Assembly (NCBI GenBank): GCA_050273025.1
Contig: CP158635.1
Span: 8,866,001 to 8,930,000, forward strand
Origin: Cenococcum geophilum
Taxonomy: Eukaryota
Reading direction: 5' to 3'
DNA: 64,000 nucleotides
In this document: one piece after another, positions 27,380 to 38,000 of the stretch
Layout of the letters: each line of letters begins with the position of its first letter
How positions within the stretch are numbered: the first letter of the stretch is position 1
Notes under the pieces: model-generated
Database searches by the model: none
What the model was told of the DNA's origin: nothing
Seen by the model: only the letters and a program-made list of their open reading frames with translations
Program-made: the position numbers and the translations under genes

Positions 27380-30300
27380 ATATACTAATACTATACTCCT
27401 ACACCCACTTCTTAAGCTCTACTAGTTCCTTTACTTTATTATATACGTCTTTAGCCTGTTTTAATTTGTTAATTCGTCGCTCCATATTTTCTATATATAG
27501 CGTATATACCTCCTTTTCTAGCTCCTCTATAGATAGGTAAGACCTATACCTCTTGCCCGCAGCCTGGGGTGTTTAACTTTAAGATATTAGTAGTGGCATA
27601 TACGCTATATATACGGTAAACACGCGCAACATATCCAATACTAATACAATATTATTATCTACTATACTTATCTATAATATATTCTATCTACTAAATATAG
27701 TAGGTTTAGGGGTATTAAATAGGTTCTAAGGATTCTAGGGAAGATTTAGCCTAGGATTTCTAGCTCGCCGCTTAGCTGCTTTCCGCTATTTCTACGCTGC
27801 CTAAGCTTAGTATATACTTTATATTTGCATCGCATATATATACATTATTTCCGTAGCTATACTACTATCCGCTTTAAGTCGCAATGATTTTTCTATATAT
27901 TATCTATTCCCGCCTCTTTATATAGCTCTTATATATTAAACATTTCTTATATATAAAGTTTAAGCCTTTACCAAAATATTAGAATATATGGTGCATATAT
28001 AGAGCGTATATATTTACTATAGCACTACGGTAAGCACGCATAACTTTTGACCGGTAAAGTTATTATCTTAAAAGTAACTACTTTTACTAATTCCAGTATA
28101 CTTCCGTGTATATGCCCACTACTTATAAGGGACCTTTAACTTTTCCTTTACAAGCCCGGCTAGTATCCATATTTTCTTCTTATTATTTATCTAAGACGTA
28201 AGCTCCGGATGTAGTGTATATATGCTTTATATACGCGCGATTAGTATCTGCTCTATCTCCGCTTCCTATATCTGCTCTATAATATATCTTACTTTATGAG
28301 TTAGAAAGCGCTTAGTAAAGTTCCGTTTAACGTATACTAGGTAGAATATAAGTATATACTAAAGGTGTTCATCCCATTTACGGGATAGGTCAAGTATATA
28401 TAGGTAGTCCCCAAAGCCTATATATTATAAGCATATACTAGGCGTATGCAAAGCGTATACCTAATATATACTTACCGCCAGCTTATTTCTTATATATATT
28501 AACGGTAGCTATATAAAGTCCGGTTCCGTAAATATATATAAATTGTATAGATAATCGAGCAGTATTACCTAAAACCTTAAACACTAGCTTAAATATCTTT
28601 GCGTACGTAGCACGTGTTTCTAGATTAAGAAAGGCGTATACCCACACCTTGATTCCTATTATTGGTATTAGCGTATATATAGCATATGCGTAGTATAGGG
28701 CATATATACATTTAGAATTCTTATCCTATCCTGTAATTAAGAATAGATTCGTTTTGCCTTAAACTATCTTAAATAATAGGTCCATTTCTATACATATTAC
28801 GCGTTAGAATGCCTTAGCTTACGCGTATATACAATATATAATAAGGAAATACTTGTTATTAAAGTTATAAATTGCCCAAATCTATTACTCGGTATTCTCT
28901 TTATGTTAATTAATAGAGAACTCGCGTAGTATACCTGCTCTACTTAGTCTTTATATATGCTTAGCATATATCTAACCTATACTTACCTATATATACCGTC
29001 CCCTCTGGGAATTATACCATCCTCTCCTTTCTAATTAGAGCAGTAATTTAATCCTTAATATTAAGACTACTATATACTGCACGTAGTGTCTACGCCCTAT
29101 ACTTCCTACATAAAATATAGTACTGCAGTAATAGAATAAATCGACCTATATAATAGTAAGTGTTTTATTCGCATATACTATGCATATACGGGGCATACGT
29201 GTAGTAAGGCTTAGGACTTCCACCTGCCTTATTGCCTCAACTACGTTATTAGCAAGGTCGATTAGTAGCTTTATTAGGTACGGTGGATAATATATATAAG
29301 AATTCCGTATAATAAGGTAAATGTAAGGATATTATATTATATTAATAGGAATATAACAATCTAACTGTGCACCGTATACGCGGCCTACTACCCTACCTTA
29401 GCCTTGCGGGTGGTTAAATCCTATATATGCTTAGTATATGTATAGTATATGCAACATATATATATTACTTACTATAATATTTTCACTTTAATGTTGCATG
29501 TCCAATATAGGTATATTCTCGTTTAATTTCCTAAACTCCATATTTAATAAGTAGACGAAGGTATTGAATATCTACCTAGGCAGTTATCGGTGATAAAGGC
29601 CAGGCAGTATGCCATACTTTAGTATTACTGCTACTGGAATAACTAATAAACTCTACCTGTATATAATAAGCATATATTATATATACGCTGGCTATATGCG
29701 TACTCTATGCTAAAAAAATATCATTAGTCTGCTTTTACTATATACACGTTCTTGTGTACTAGGGTATATACACTACTACCATAATTATAGAATACTATAG
29801 TAGTAGCTGTATATTATAAGCATATGCCTAATATACATAGACGACGCTTACTTCTCTATACTTTGCTTAAGCTTTTTATTAATCTCTACTGCCTAGTATA
29901 GACGACTACTATGCTTTTAGAGGTCGTTAATTAATTTAAGCTTAACCCAATTATATGCTAAGCATATATGGAGTATATCCTTATGGGCGTACTCACAGTG
30001 TCTAATACCGCTATATTTAAATGCTTAATAAAATGCTTTTCCGCTCTCCTAATTATTGGTTTCTCTAAGGAGTTATAGTTATATAATTTTAGCGTTACCA
30101 GTTTAATAGAATAAAAATTAAATCTACTAAAGGTATAAATACGGCATATGCCTAGCATATATATAGCTTACCTTTAACATATACTGCTTAATAATATCGC
30201 GTACTATCTCTTTATCTGCATCTATAGATAGTAAAGGTATTACTTTATAAACAAAATATGCAATTCCTTCTTTTCTAGTTGCTGGATATTCTAGCATTAT

Positions 30301-30690
30301 AATATAGTCTATTACCTCTTAAACAATAACTTAATGCTTACCGTTAAAGCTAATAAGTGCTTTATAGTCTCGGAGTGTGCTTTAGCTATTCTAAGCATAT
30401 ATATAGCCTATATATAGTGTTATACATAGTCTTACCTTAGAGAGACCTATATAAAATAGAAGCCGCTATTATATACTATCTTAATCCTCGCCCTCCTCAG
30501 CTTCCTTATCTTTAATTCTCTCTCTATTAATTATATTATCTTAAAAACTATCGTCTTCGTGTTTAATATTAGGTACGCTCTAGAGTACCTGCGTATACTT
30601 AGTATATGCGTGGCATATAGTGGTACAAACTTACTAGTAAGCCGTTTAGCCACGCTGCTATACTCTTATTTGCTTTAGTATTGTTTTCAG
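27380..30690 (-). pseudogene. MULE-type DDE transposase, at least 11 introns, RIPed
   Basis: Spliced, RIP-reverted reading: HTHYPPYPIKLP; IEMDLSFKMV (D1 ~28780); YAFLNLETRATYAKIFKLVF; HGTGL..ATVDMCKKQAGGFGDYL (D2 ~28499); HILIFCLVHVKRNF (CxxH ~28330-28345); HTGISESSH (E ~28083); coiled-coil tail. Confidence 0.85.
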
Positions 30691-30996
30691 TTATTATTGA
30701 TATAGCGAGGCGCATATAAATGCGCGTTTATATACGTATGTGTATATATGTATGTTTATATATCTATATATCTACGTGTCTGCGTGTCTGCGTGCGTATG
30801 CGTAGCATATGCCCTAGGTATTTGGTTTGTGCGGTCGCTTAAGTTAAATGTGGCTACCGATGCGCGTTCTGTATGGGTAAAAGTGTGACCCCGCCGACCT
30901 TTTGCCGGTGGTTCCATCGGTGACCCCGTTCAACTTTCGCCGACCCCATCGGTGACCTTGTTCAACTTTTCCGTGACCTTGGTCAGCTGCACCCCG

Positions 30997-31115
30997 TGCA
31001 CGAAGCTCTGCACGAAGCTCTACACGAAGCTCTGCACGAAGCTCTACACGAAGCTCTACACGAGGCTCTGCGCGAAGCTCTGCGTGCGGAGGCTCTACAC
31101 GAAGCTCTACACAAA
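30997..31115 (+). repeat. 12-bp minisatellite GCACGAAGCTCT (continues 24855-24896, split by the MULE)
   Basis: Direct tandem units; source of the HEAL/ELRA/TKLC pseudo-ORFs. Confidence 0.95.
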
Positions 31116-31279
31116 GCCTTTGTGTATGCGCGGGACACACTACTATCGGGTCCCCGCTATATTCCCGATAGCCTCGACACGTGCCTCTGCCAAGTATACC
31201 CCTTATATACACCTAGGTAGCCACCTCATTTTTTACCCTTCCTTATATCCTACCTAGGAAGACACTAGAACGACAGCCA

Positions 31280-31565
31280 GCAGACGACCGTCGCCGGAGC
31301 CAGACGACCATCGTCGGAGCTAGATGACCGTCGCCAGAGCTAGACGACCGTCAGAGCCAGACGACCGTCGTCAGAGCTAGACGACCGTCGTTAGAGCTGG
31401 ACGACCGTCGCCGGAGCCAGATGACCGTCGCCAGAGCTAGACGACCGTCAGAGCCAGACGACCGTCGTCAGAGCTAGATGACCGTCGCCAGAGCTAGACG
31501 ACCGTCAGAGCCAGACGACCGTCGTCATCGCCACACGACCGTCGCCAGAGCCACACGACAACCGT
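31280..31565 (+). repeat. 15/18-bp minisatellite GAGC(C/T)AGACGACCGTC(GCC)
   Basis: About 15 tandem units of two lengths, with a higher-order repeat of ~69 bp. Confidence 0.92.
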
Positions 31566-31624
31566 TCGAACGACCAGCCAGCGAACACGATAAACGATTC
31601 GATCGATCGATCGAATCAAGGTAA

Positions 31625-32168
31625 CATAGACAGGTGGGCATAGATAGGTAGGCACAGACAGGTAGGTATAGACGGGTAGGTATAGACGGATGGACAAATA
31701 GGTAGGTAGGTAAGTAGGTAGGTAAATAGGCAGGCAGGTAGGTAGGTAGGCAGGTAGGCAGGCAAGCAGGTAGATAGGCAAATAGGTAGGTAGGTAGGTA
31801 GGTAGGTAAATAAGTAGGTAAATAGGCAGGTAGGCAGGTAAGCAGGCAGGCAGGTAGGTAAATAGGTAGGTAGGTAGGTAGGTAAGTAGGTAGGTAGGCA
31901 GGTAGGTAGGTAGATAGGTAGGTAGGCAGGTAGGTAGGTAGGTAAGTAGGCAGGCAGGTAGGTAGGTAGATAAGTAGGTAGGTAGATAAGTAGGTAGGTA
32001 GGTAGGTAGGTAAATAGGTAGGTAGATAGGTAGGCAGGTAGGTAAGTAGATAGGTAGGTAAGTAGATAAGTAGGTAGGTAAGTAAGTAGGTAGGTAGGTA
32101 GGTAGGTAGGTAGGTAGGTAGGTAGACAGGCAGGCAAGTAGGTAGGTAGGTAGATAGATAGGTAGATA
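31625..32168 (+). repeat. (TAGG/CAGG)n tetranucleotide microsatellite, ~540 bp
   Basis: Visible taggtagg/caggcagg run; source of the PTYL pseudo-ORFs. Confidence 0.97.
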
Positions 32169-32573
32169 ATTTAGAGCCTCTGTAAGAGGCTTCCCCCTTA
32201 ATACCTAAAGTAGATAGCTTTATATTTTATATAGTTATAATATAAATATATTTAAAAGTATACTATAGAAATCTATAGAAATATATAATAATTTGGTTAT
32301 TATATAATATAATTATAATTTATATAGTTACAATTTATATAGTTTTTATAATTTGTATAGTTTGCGCGCTATTTATTTATAGGGTAGCGTTTTACTGCAA
32401 TTTATTTATAGGGGTAGCATTTTGCCGCAATTTGCTATTAGGTGCTGCGATTTTATTATAAAATATGCGTTTTGCGTAAATTGCTATTAACTATATCTAC
32501 CTACCGTAACCGTATAGTTTGCGGCAATTTGCCGCAAACCGCAATAATAAGCCCTAAAAAAAATTTCCTAATA

Positions 32574-33055
32574 TCTATAACGTAATTATTAAGATACTTC
32601 TATAGTGTATCCTTTTTTATAAATAGGCGGGTTTGCCTTAGTATTAAGAGTTAGTTATTGCTAATATAGATAAGATAAATAAGATTAGTAAACGTTATAG
32701 AATACAGCAGCTATATTATCTTAATACCCTCTTCCTTAATTAGGACCACGCTCCGCGTCTTATTTAGGTTTTCTTAAAAAGGCGAGTTTAAGCTAATCTA
32801 TTCTTTCTGCCGCTTTGCCTACTAATAGGTACTAGTATTAGCGTTACTTACACCTCTTTTTACGCCTATTATATTTTAGTCTACTTTAAACCTAAGTTAA
32901 AATTTAATAGCCTTACTTAGGATCCCATTCTACCGACTCTTTTATTAATTATAATACTTAATAAGATTACAGATAAATTTTATATAAAGTTTTATAGCGT
33001 GTCCTTCTTTAAGCTTATTTAGCGGCTAAGATAGTAGTTTAGTAATAGCAGCACG
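32574..33055 (-). pseudogene. Starship captain, segment 2 of 3
   Basis: RIP-reverted ERAAIAKLLSQPLDELKE...FICNLIKYCNQQESR...LICLICIGNDQLS..RQTRPFAKKDTLQKHLDNH. In frame with segment 1 across the Gypsy CACG TSD. Confidence 0.85.
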
Positions 33056-34150
33056 TATTACGGAACCCTACCGCAGGGGCCTCTATAGGAGAGCCCCGTG
33101 CTCTCGCGTATACCTCGCGTACAGCTTATGTCAGCTACGCGTAGGTATATTACCTCTTTACGCCCTTGACCCTTACGATTAATCGCGTAACGTCTTGTAG
33201 ACTCCTTGAATATATACGCTTTATAGCCACTGCCCCCGTCCCATAACATTATATTACGCCTTTTTTACCACTAACGCTTAGCCTACGACCAATTCTACGT
33301 CTCTGTAATACTATAGGCGCTGCTAGAAGCAGCGTATCTACGAATTACCTTACTTTATACTTCCAAGAAACCTATAATAGTAAGACAATATCCCTTACTA
33401 GCTATTATATTAAACCTAAAGAATAATCTAATACCTATACCTAACCTATAACGCTAATTAATCCCAGGAGAATTTAATTTATTAGCCTTAGCCTTAACCC
33501 CTAAGGAGACGGACACCAATAATGTTTTATTTTTTATTAACTATATAACTACAGACAAGCAAATGGAAGGGCTATTATCTATTAAAATTGAAATATGAGA
33601 CGCCGAGACGTTTGTAAAAATGGTAGCATAAGACCCTAATAAATACTACCGCCTTTTATAGAACTATTACCTAAAGCTTATATAAGCCGAGATGCGTGCT
33701 GCCTAAGATCGCGATATTATTCAAGACCTATAAGCTTGTGAGGCGCTTACTAATAACATACGTTAAGAAACTAAAGACGATCTCCGTGTGTCTAAACGCG
33801 ACGTTTAATAGTTAAAGAAGGCTAAGATTACACTAATTGCTACAGTTACTAAAAGAGAAGGCATAATTAAATACCTATAATCTTAGCTTAATGAGCATAT
33901 TTGTAATAACGCCAAACACCTCTTTACTATATATAACGCTACCTAAGTCTCTACGCCCCCGGCAATTTTACCTACTTAATGCTTAACGGAGGGCCAGCGC
34001 TAAGCAGTTTTACCTAACAGGAACCCCTACTAAAGTAGCGACGATAAAAGCTATAATAATTGGACCTAAACTGCTACCGCAGGGTCTAATATACGCTACC
34101 CTGATCCCTTAGTCTTCTAGGGAGACCGTAAGGAATATAGCTACTAGTGT

Positions 34151-35016
34151 GGGAGGGTACGACCCAGTGTGGGTTTGTATAAACCTTATCGCGATAAGAC
34201 GCAATGGATATCCTTATCGCGATAAGGATATCCATTGCGTTTTATCGCGATAAGTCTTGGCATACCCCAAATAAATTTTTAGTCGCCTTCCTCCTCTTTA
34301 TTACTATATATAATATAGTTTTAGAAGTAAAATTAGACGCTCTCAACTCTATTAATACCTCTAAATCGAAAAATATAAGAGGTTTATTAGCTCTTTAATA
34401 TAGAATACCCGTCCACTAGGCAGTAGTATAGTTTTAGATAAATCTAATCACAATAAGTCTTAGCATACCCTAAATAATTTTTTAGTCGCCTTCTTTATTA
34501 TTATTATATAAAAAGAACTAATTTAAACCTAGTAAATAAAGTTATATTATCCTTTTTTTCTAAATTTTAGTAAGTGGCTCTATATATGGCTCTACATCCG
34601 GCTCTGCGCAGGAAGCTCTGCATACGGAGGCTCCGCACGAAGCTCTACACGAAGCTTTGCACGAAGCTCTGCACGAAGCTCTGCACGAAGCTCTGCACGA
34701 AGCTCTGCACGAAGCTCTGCACGAAGCTCTACACGAAGCTTTGTACGAAGTTCCGCACGAAGCTCCGCACGAAGCTCCGCACGAAGCTCTGCACAAAGCT
34801 CTGCACGAAGCTCTGCACGAAGCTCTGTATACAAAAGCTCTGCACGACGGCTCTGCGTACGACGGTTCTGTGCTATTCTGCTTGGTTGGGGTAGAAAAGC
34901 CCCGCACAGGGCACTTTATCCTTATCGATTGCAATATTTTATGCATTTTCTATTGGATAAGGATATTTTATGCTCGCTTATTCGCATTATCCAAAACCAC
35001 ACTGGTACGACCTCTC
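34151..35016. mobile_element. 866-bp non-autonomous TIR element (MULE-like ends) carrying the 12-bp minisatellite
   Basis: Left GGGAGGGTACGACCCAGTGTGGGTTTGTATAA versus reverse-complemented right GAGAGGTCGTACCAGTGTGGTTTTGGATAA. Three subterminal TTATCGCGATAA palindromes at 34185-34254. No TSD found. Confidence 0.65.
34600..34860 (+). repeat. 12-bp minisatellite GCACGAAGCTCT, ~20 units, nearly un-RIPed
   Basis: Direct tandem units of the same sequence as at 30997 and 55085. Confidence 0.96.
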
Positions 35017-38000
35017 TAAGATAGGAAAGTCTCAGTGCTGTCTGTCAGTCGGTTCATCTGTCAGTCGGTCGGTCAGTCAGTCGGTCGGTCACTATCAGTC
35101 AGAATTAAGCAGTAAGAAGAGAAAGAAAAGAGTGTATTGAAGGAAAATTGTGTGTCTGTCGGTCTCGCCCGAGTTGTTGAAGACTCTGAAGACTCTAGAC
35201 CGATCTATATAACTTGTGGAAGGCCTGGGCTCTCCCGAAGCTATGCCCAATCTAGATGTTGAATCCTGGGGCCAAATCACACCACCACACTAGAAGATGC
35301 AAATCTGTAAGAAACTAACTTAGAGCGCCTACCTTTTTCCTATAGAAGATACTAAGATTAGCTATATTATCGGGTGAATAAAGGGTACACCGTTTAATAG
35401 ACTCTTCGCCTAATAGGAGACTAGTGGCCCCTAGAAGTGGTAGTCCCACTAAGAAGTTCTTGACGATCTTAACCTAATGTACTATAACCACGACCTACTG
35501 GCCACCAACTGAGCTAAACTATGTGCCCTAAAGATGAGCCCTACCGAATTATTTGACGAATTCTATATTAAATTCTAGGAATATACCGGAGCCCTCGCCT
35601 AAGATAATACTAAAGACTAGGAGGACCTCCTTAAAAAAGTTACTTATTGCCTTAGTTACATAGCCGCCAGCTATAACTATAATAATGTTTATAATATAGT
35701 AGCAGCTCTATAGAAGATCGAATAATAACTAAATTAGATTGCTACTACTAACCCTTACCTAAAGACCTCCCTATAGAAGCCCCCCGGGCCTACTAAACCT
35801 ATATATACTAAGCTACCAACGCCTACTACCTTAAGTACTACCGGAACTAATATCAATTTCTCTATACTAACCTTTCTATAGAAACTCCTAGATAGAGAGC
35901 GCGAGCTACTCTAGAAACTAGGATGCTGCTATAGATACTATTAAGAAGGCTATTATTATAATAACCTAAACTGCCTAATGGCTAGGTTTAGTAGCCGCCG
36001 CCTAATACCTAACCTAATACCCTAAACACTAAATACGTTGCTATATACTACTACCGTATAAAATAAAGACGTAGTAATAGCGGTAGAGTTAGATACGGAA
36101 ACGGAAAACGCTAAGTCCTAGCCCTAAGTCATGGGTTAGGACGCCCTAATAATGGAGGGATCTATATATTGGCTTACTTAATAGATAACTTTATAAAGAT
36201 AAATAGACGGAAATAGATAGTTTTACCTATAATAGGAACTACTGCTAAAAAATAATATAAAGGCCGTTTTATAATTAATTACGGAGCTACTAATAAATTT
36301 ATAGATACCTAATTTATATATACTTATAACCTACCTACCTTACCCCTTACCAAAGCCCACGCCCTATAACTCGCTAACGGTAATTATACTACATAGAAGA
36401 TTACCTATATGGCATAACTCCACCTAGATATAAATAGGCATTAGGAAAAACTCTAGGCCTATATAATACTACTTGCTAACTACCCTATTATCCTTAAAAT
36501 AAACTAGCTTAAATAATACAACCCCACCATTAACTGGAAGAAGAGAGAAGTAACCTTTAACTCTAAATACTGCAGAGAGACTTACCTAGGGCATAGCCTA
36601 GCCGCCTCTATTTACTCCCTAGGATATTAACCTAAGAAACCTCTTATTACCCCACCTACGACCAACTACTACTACGTAAGTGCCCTAGCCTTCTACCGCA
36701 TAACATAAAAGAAAGGCTAGACCGTTACTATAGCTTCCCGATCACAACTATATAAGCTTAATAAAAAATAGGACTACGTCCTCTATAGTAATAGAATAAA
36801 TATAGTCGACCTTTTAAAAGATAATACCCCTATAAAACTCTACGGACTTTTACCTTTAGACTTTAAGAAGTTTATAAAGCTTAAAAAAGGACTTACCAAT
36901 AAAGAACTCTGTAAGCTTCTCCCTAAGAGGTACTACAACTTTACTAATATATGCTTACAAAAGAGCGTAGATATACTCCCCCCACATTAACCTAATAACT
37001 ATGCCATTAATATTAAATAAGGAAAAATGCCACCTTATAAGAGACCCTACCTAATATTAAAAGATAAGCTTCTAGTTGTAAAAAAGTATATTAACGAGCA
37101 CCTTAATAAAGGATTTATTTATCCTAGCATATCACCAGTAGCTGCCCCTATTCTTCTCGCTAAGAAGCTAAAAGAAGGTATCTAATTCTACATTAACTAT
37201 AGAGGACTTAACGCTATTATAATTAAAAACTGATACCCAGTACCGCTTATACATAAGACCCTTAAGCGGCTTAGTTAAGCTAAAATCTATACTAAGCTTA
37301 ATATTATTGCCGCCTTTAACTATCTTTAAATACAGGAAGGTGATAAATAGAAAACCGCATTTACATTACGCTTCAGCCAATTTAAATATACCGTTATACC
37401 CTTTAGCGTATGTAACGGCCTAGGTACCTTCTAAAGCTATATTAATAACGCCTTATAGGACTACCTTAATGACTTCTGCTCTGCGTACCTGGACAATATA
37501 CTTATTTATAGTAATAACCCCTTTAAGTATACCGAATATGTTTAAAAGGTTTTATAGCGCCTTAGGGACGCAGGAATTTATATTAATTTAAAGAAATGTA
37601 AATTCTTAGTTATAGAAGTAAAATACCTTAAACTAATTATTACTACTAAGGGTGTCCATATGGACCCTGAGAAGGTATATATAATTACTAAATAGTAAGC
37701 CCCTAACTGCATTAAGGATGTACAAGCCTTCCTTAGTTTTGCTAACTTCTATTAGAAATTCATATATAACTTCTTAGGCGTAGTAGCACTACTTATAGTA
37801 ATAATGCGAACGAAGGGCCTTTTTATAAAAGGAAGAAAAACGTACTTATGCTTTACCTGGACGCCTAAATACGAGAAGGCGTTCTAAGACCTTAAAAATG
37901 CCTTTACTAAAGCACCTGTCCTAGCTCACTTTATACTAGGACGATAACTCTACCTTAAAACTGACTCCTTAGATTATATTAACACAGGCGTCCTCTTTTA

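Larger units (their letters stand above)
24897..30996 (-). mobile_element. Mutator-like (MULE) DNA transposon, 6.1 kb, two convergent intron-rich genes
   Basis: Imperfect TIRs GGGGTCGCAGCTCGGCAAGGTCACGGAAAAG versus reverse-complemented (C)GGGGTGCAGCTGACCAAGGTCACGGAAAAG. 9-bp TSD TGCACGAAG at 24888-24896 and 30997-31005. DDE transposase with CxxH motif inside. Confidence 0.9.
24587..32573 (+). mobile_element. Non-autonomous composite TIR element, copy 1 (CATCAGGA...TCCTGATG-type ends, 2-bp TSD; CMC/EnSpm-like by TSD), containing a nested MULE
   Basis: Left end CATCAGGAAATTTTTTTTTGGGCGCGTTGTTGC; right end GCAATAATAAGCCCTAAAAAAAATTTCCTAATA. TSD TC on both sides. Excision restores the captain reading frame. 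A second copy lies at 54046-56186. Confidence 0.88.
34148..35289. mobile_element. Solo LTR (TG...CA, 4-bp TSD CTAG) inserted in Gypsy gag, itself interrupted by a TIR element
   Basis: CTAG|TGT ... CCACA|CTAG. Removal restores gag ...GDRKEYS(H)(W)KMQICKKL. The LTR-like body at 35017-35289 is little RIPed and has gtca/gtcg repeats. Confidence 0.75.

Noticed and set aside
31280..31565. CRISPR-like array
   Set aside because: Head-to-tail tandem units with no unique spacers, no cas genes, eukaryotic context.
24590..32570. hAT assignment for the CAGG-containing termini
   Set aside because: No 8-bp TSD. The empty-site comparison and the restored captain frame both give a 2-bp TSD with ends at CATC/GATG.
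30844..35019. HEAL/ELRA/TKLC/PTYL ORFs at 30844-32137 and 34560-35019
   Set aside because: Same artefact from the 12-mer and TAGG repeats; no unique coding flanks.
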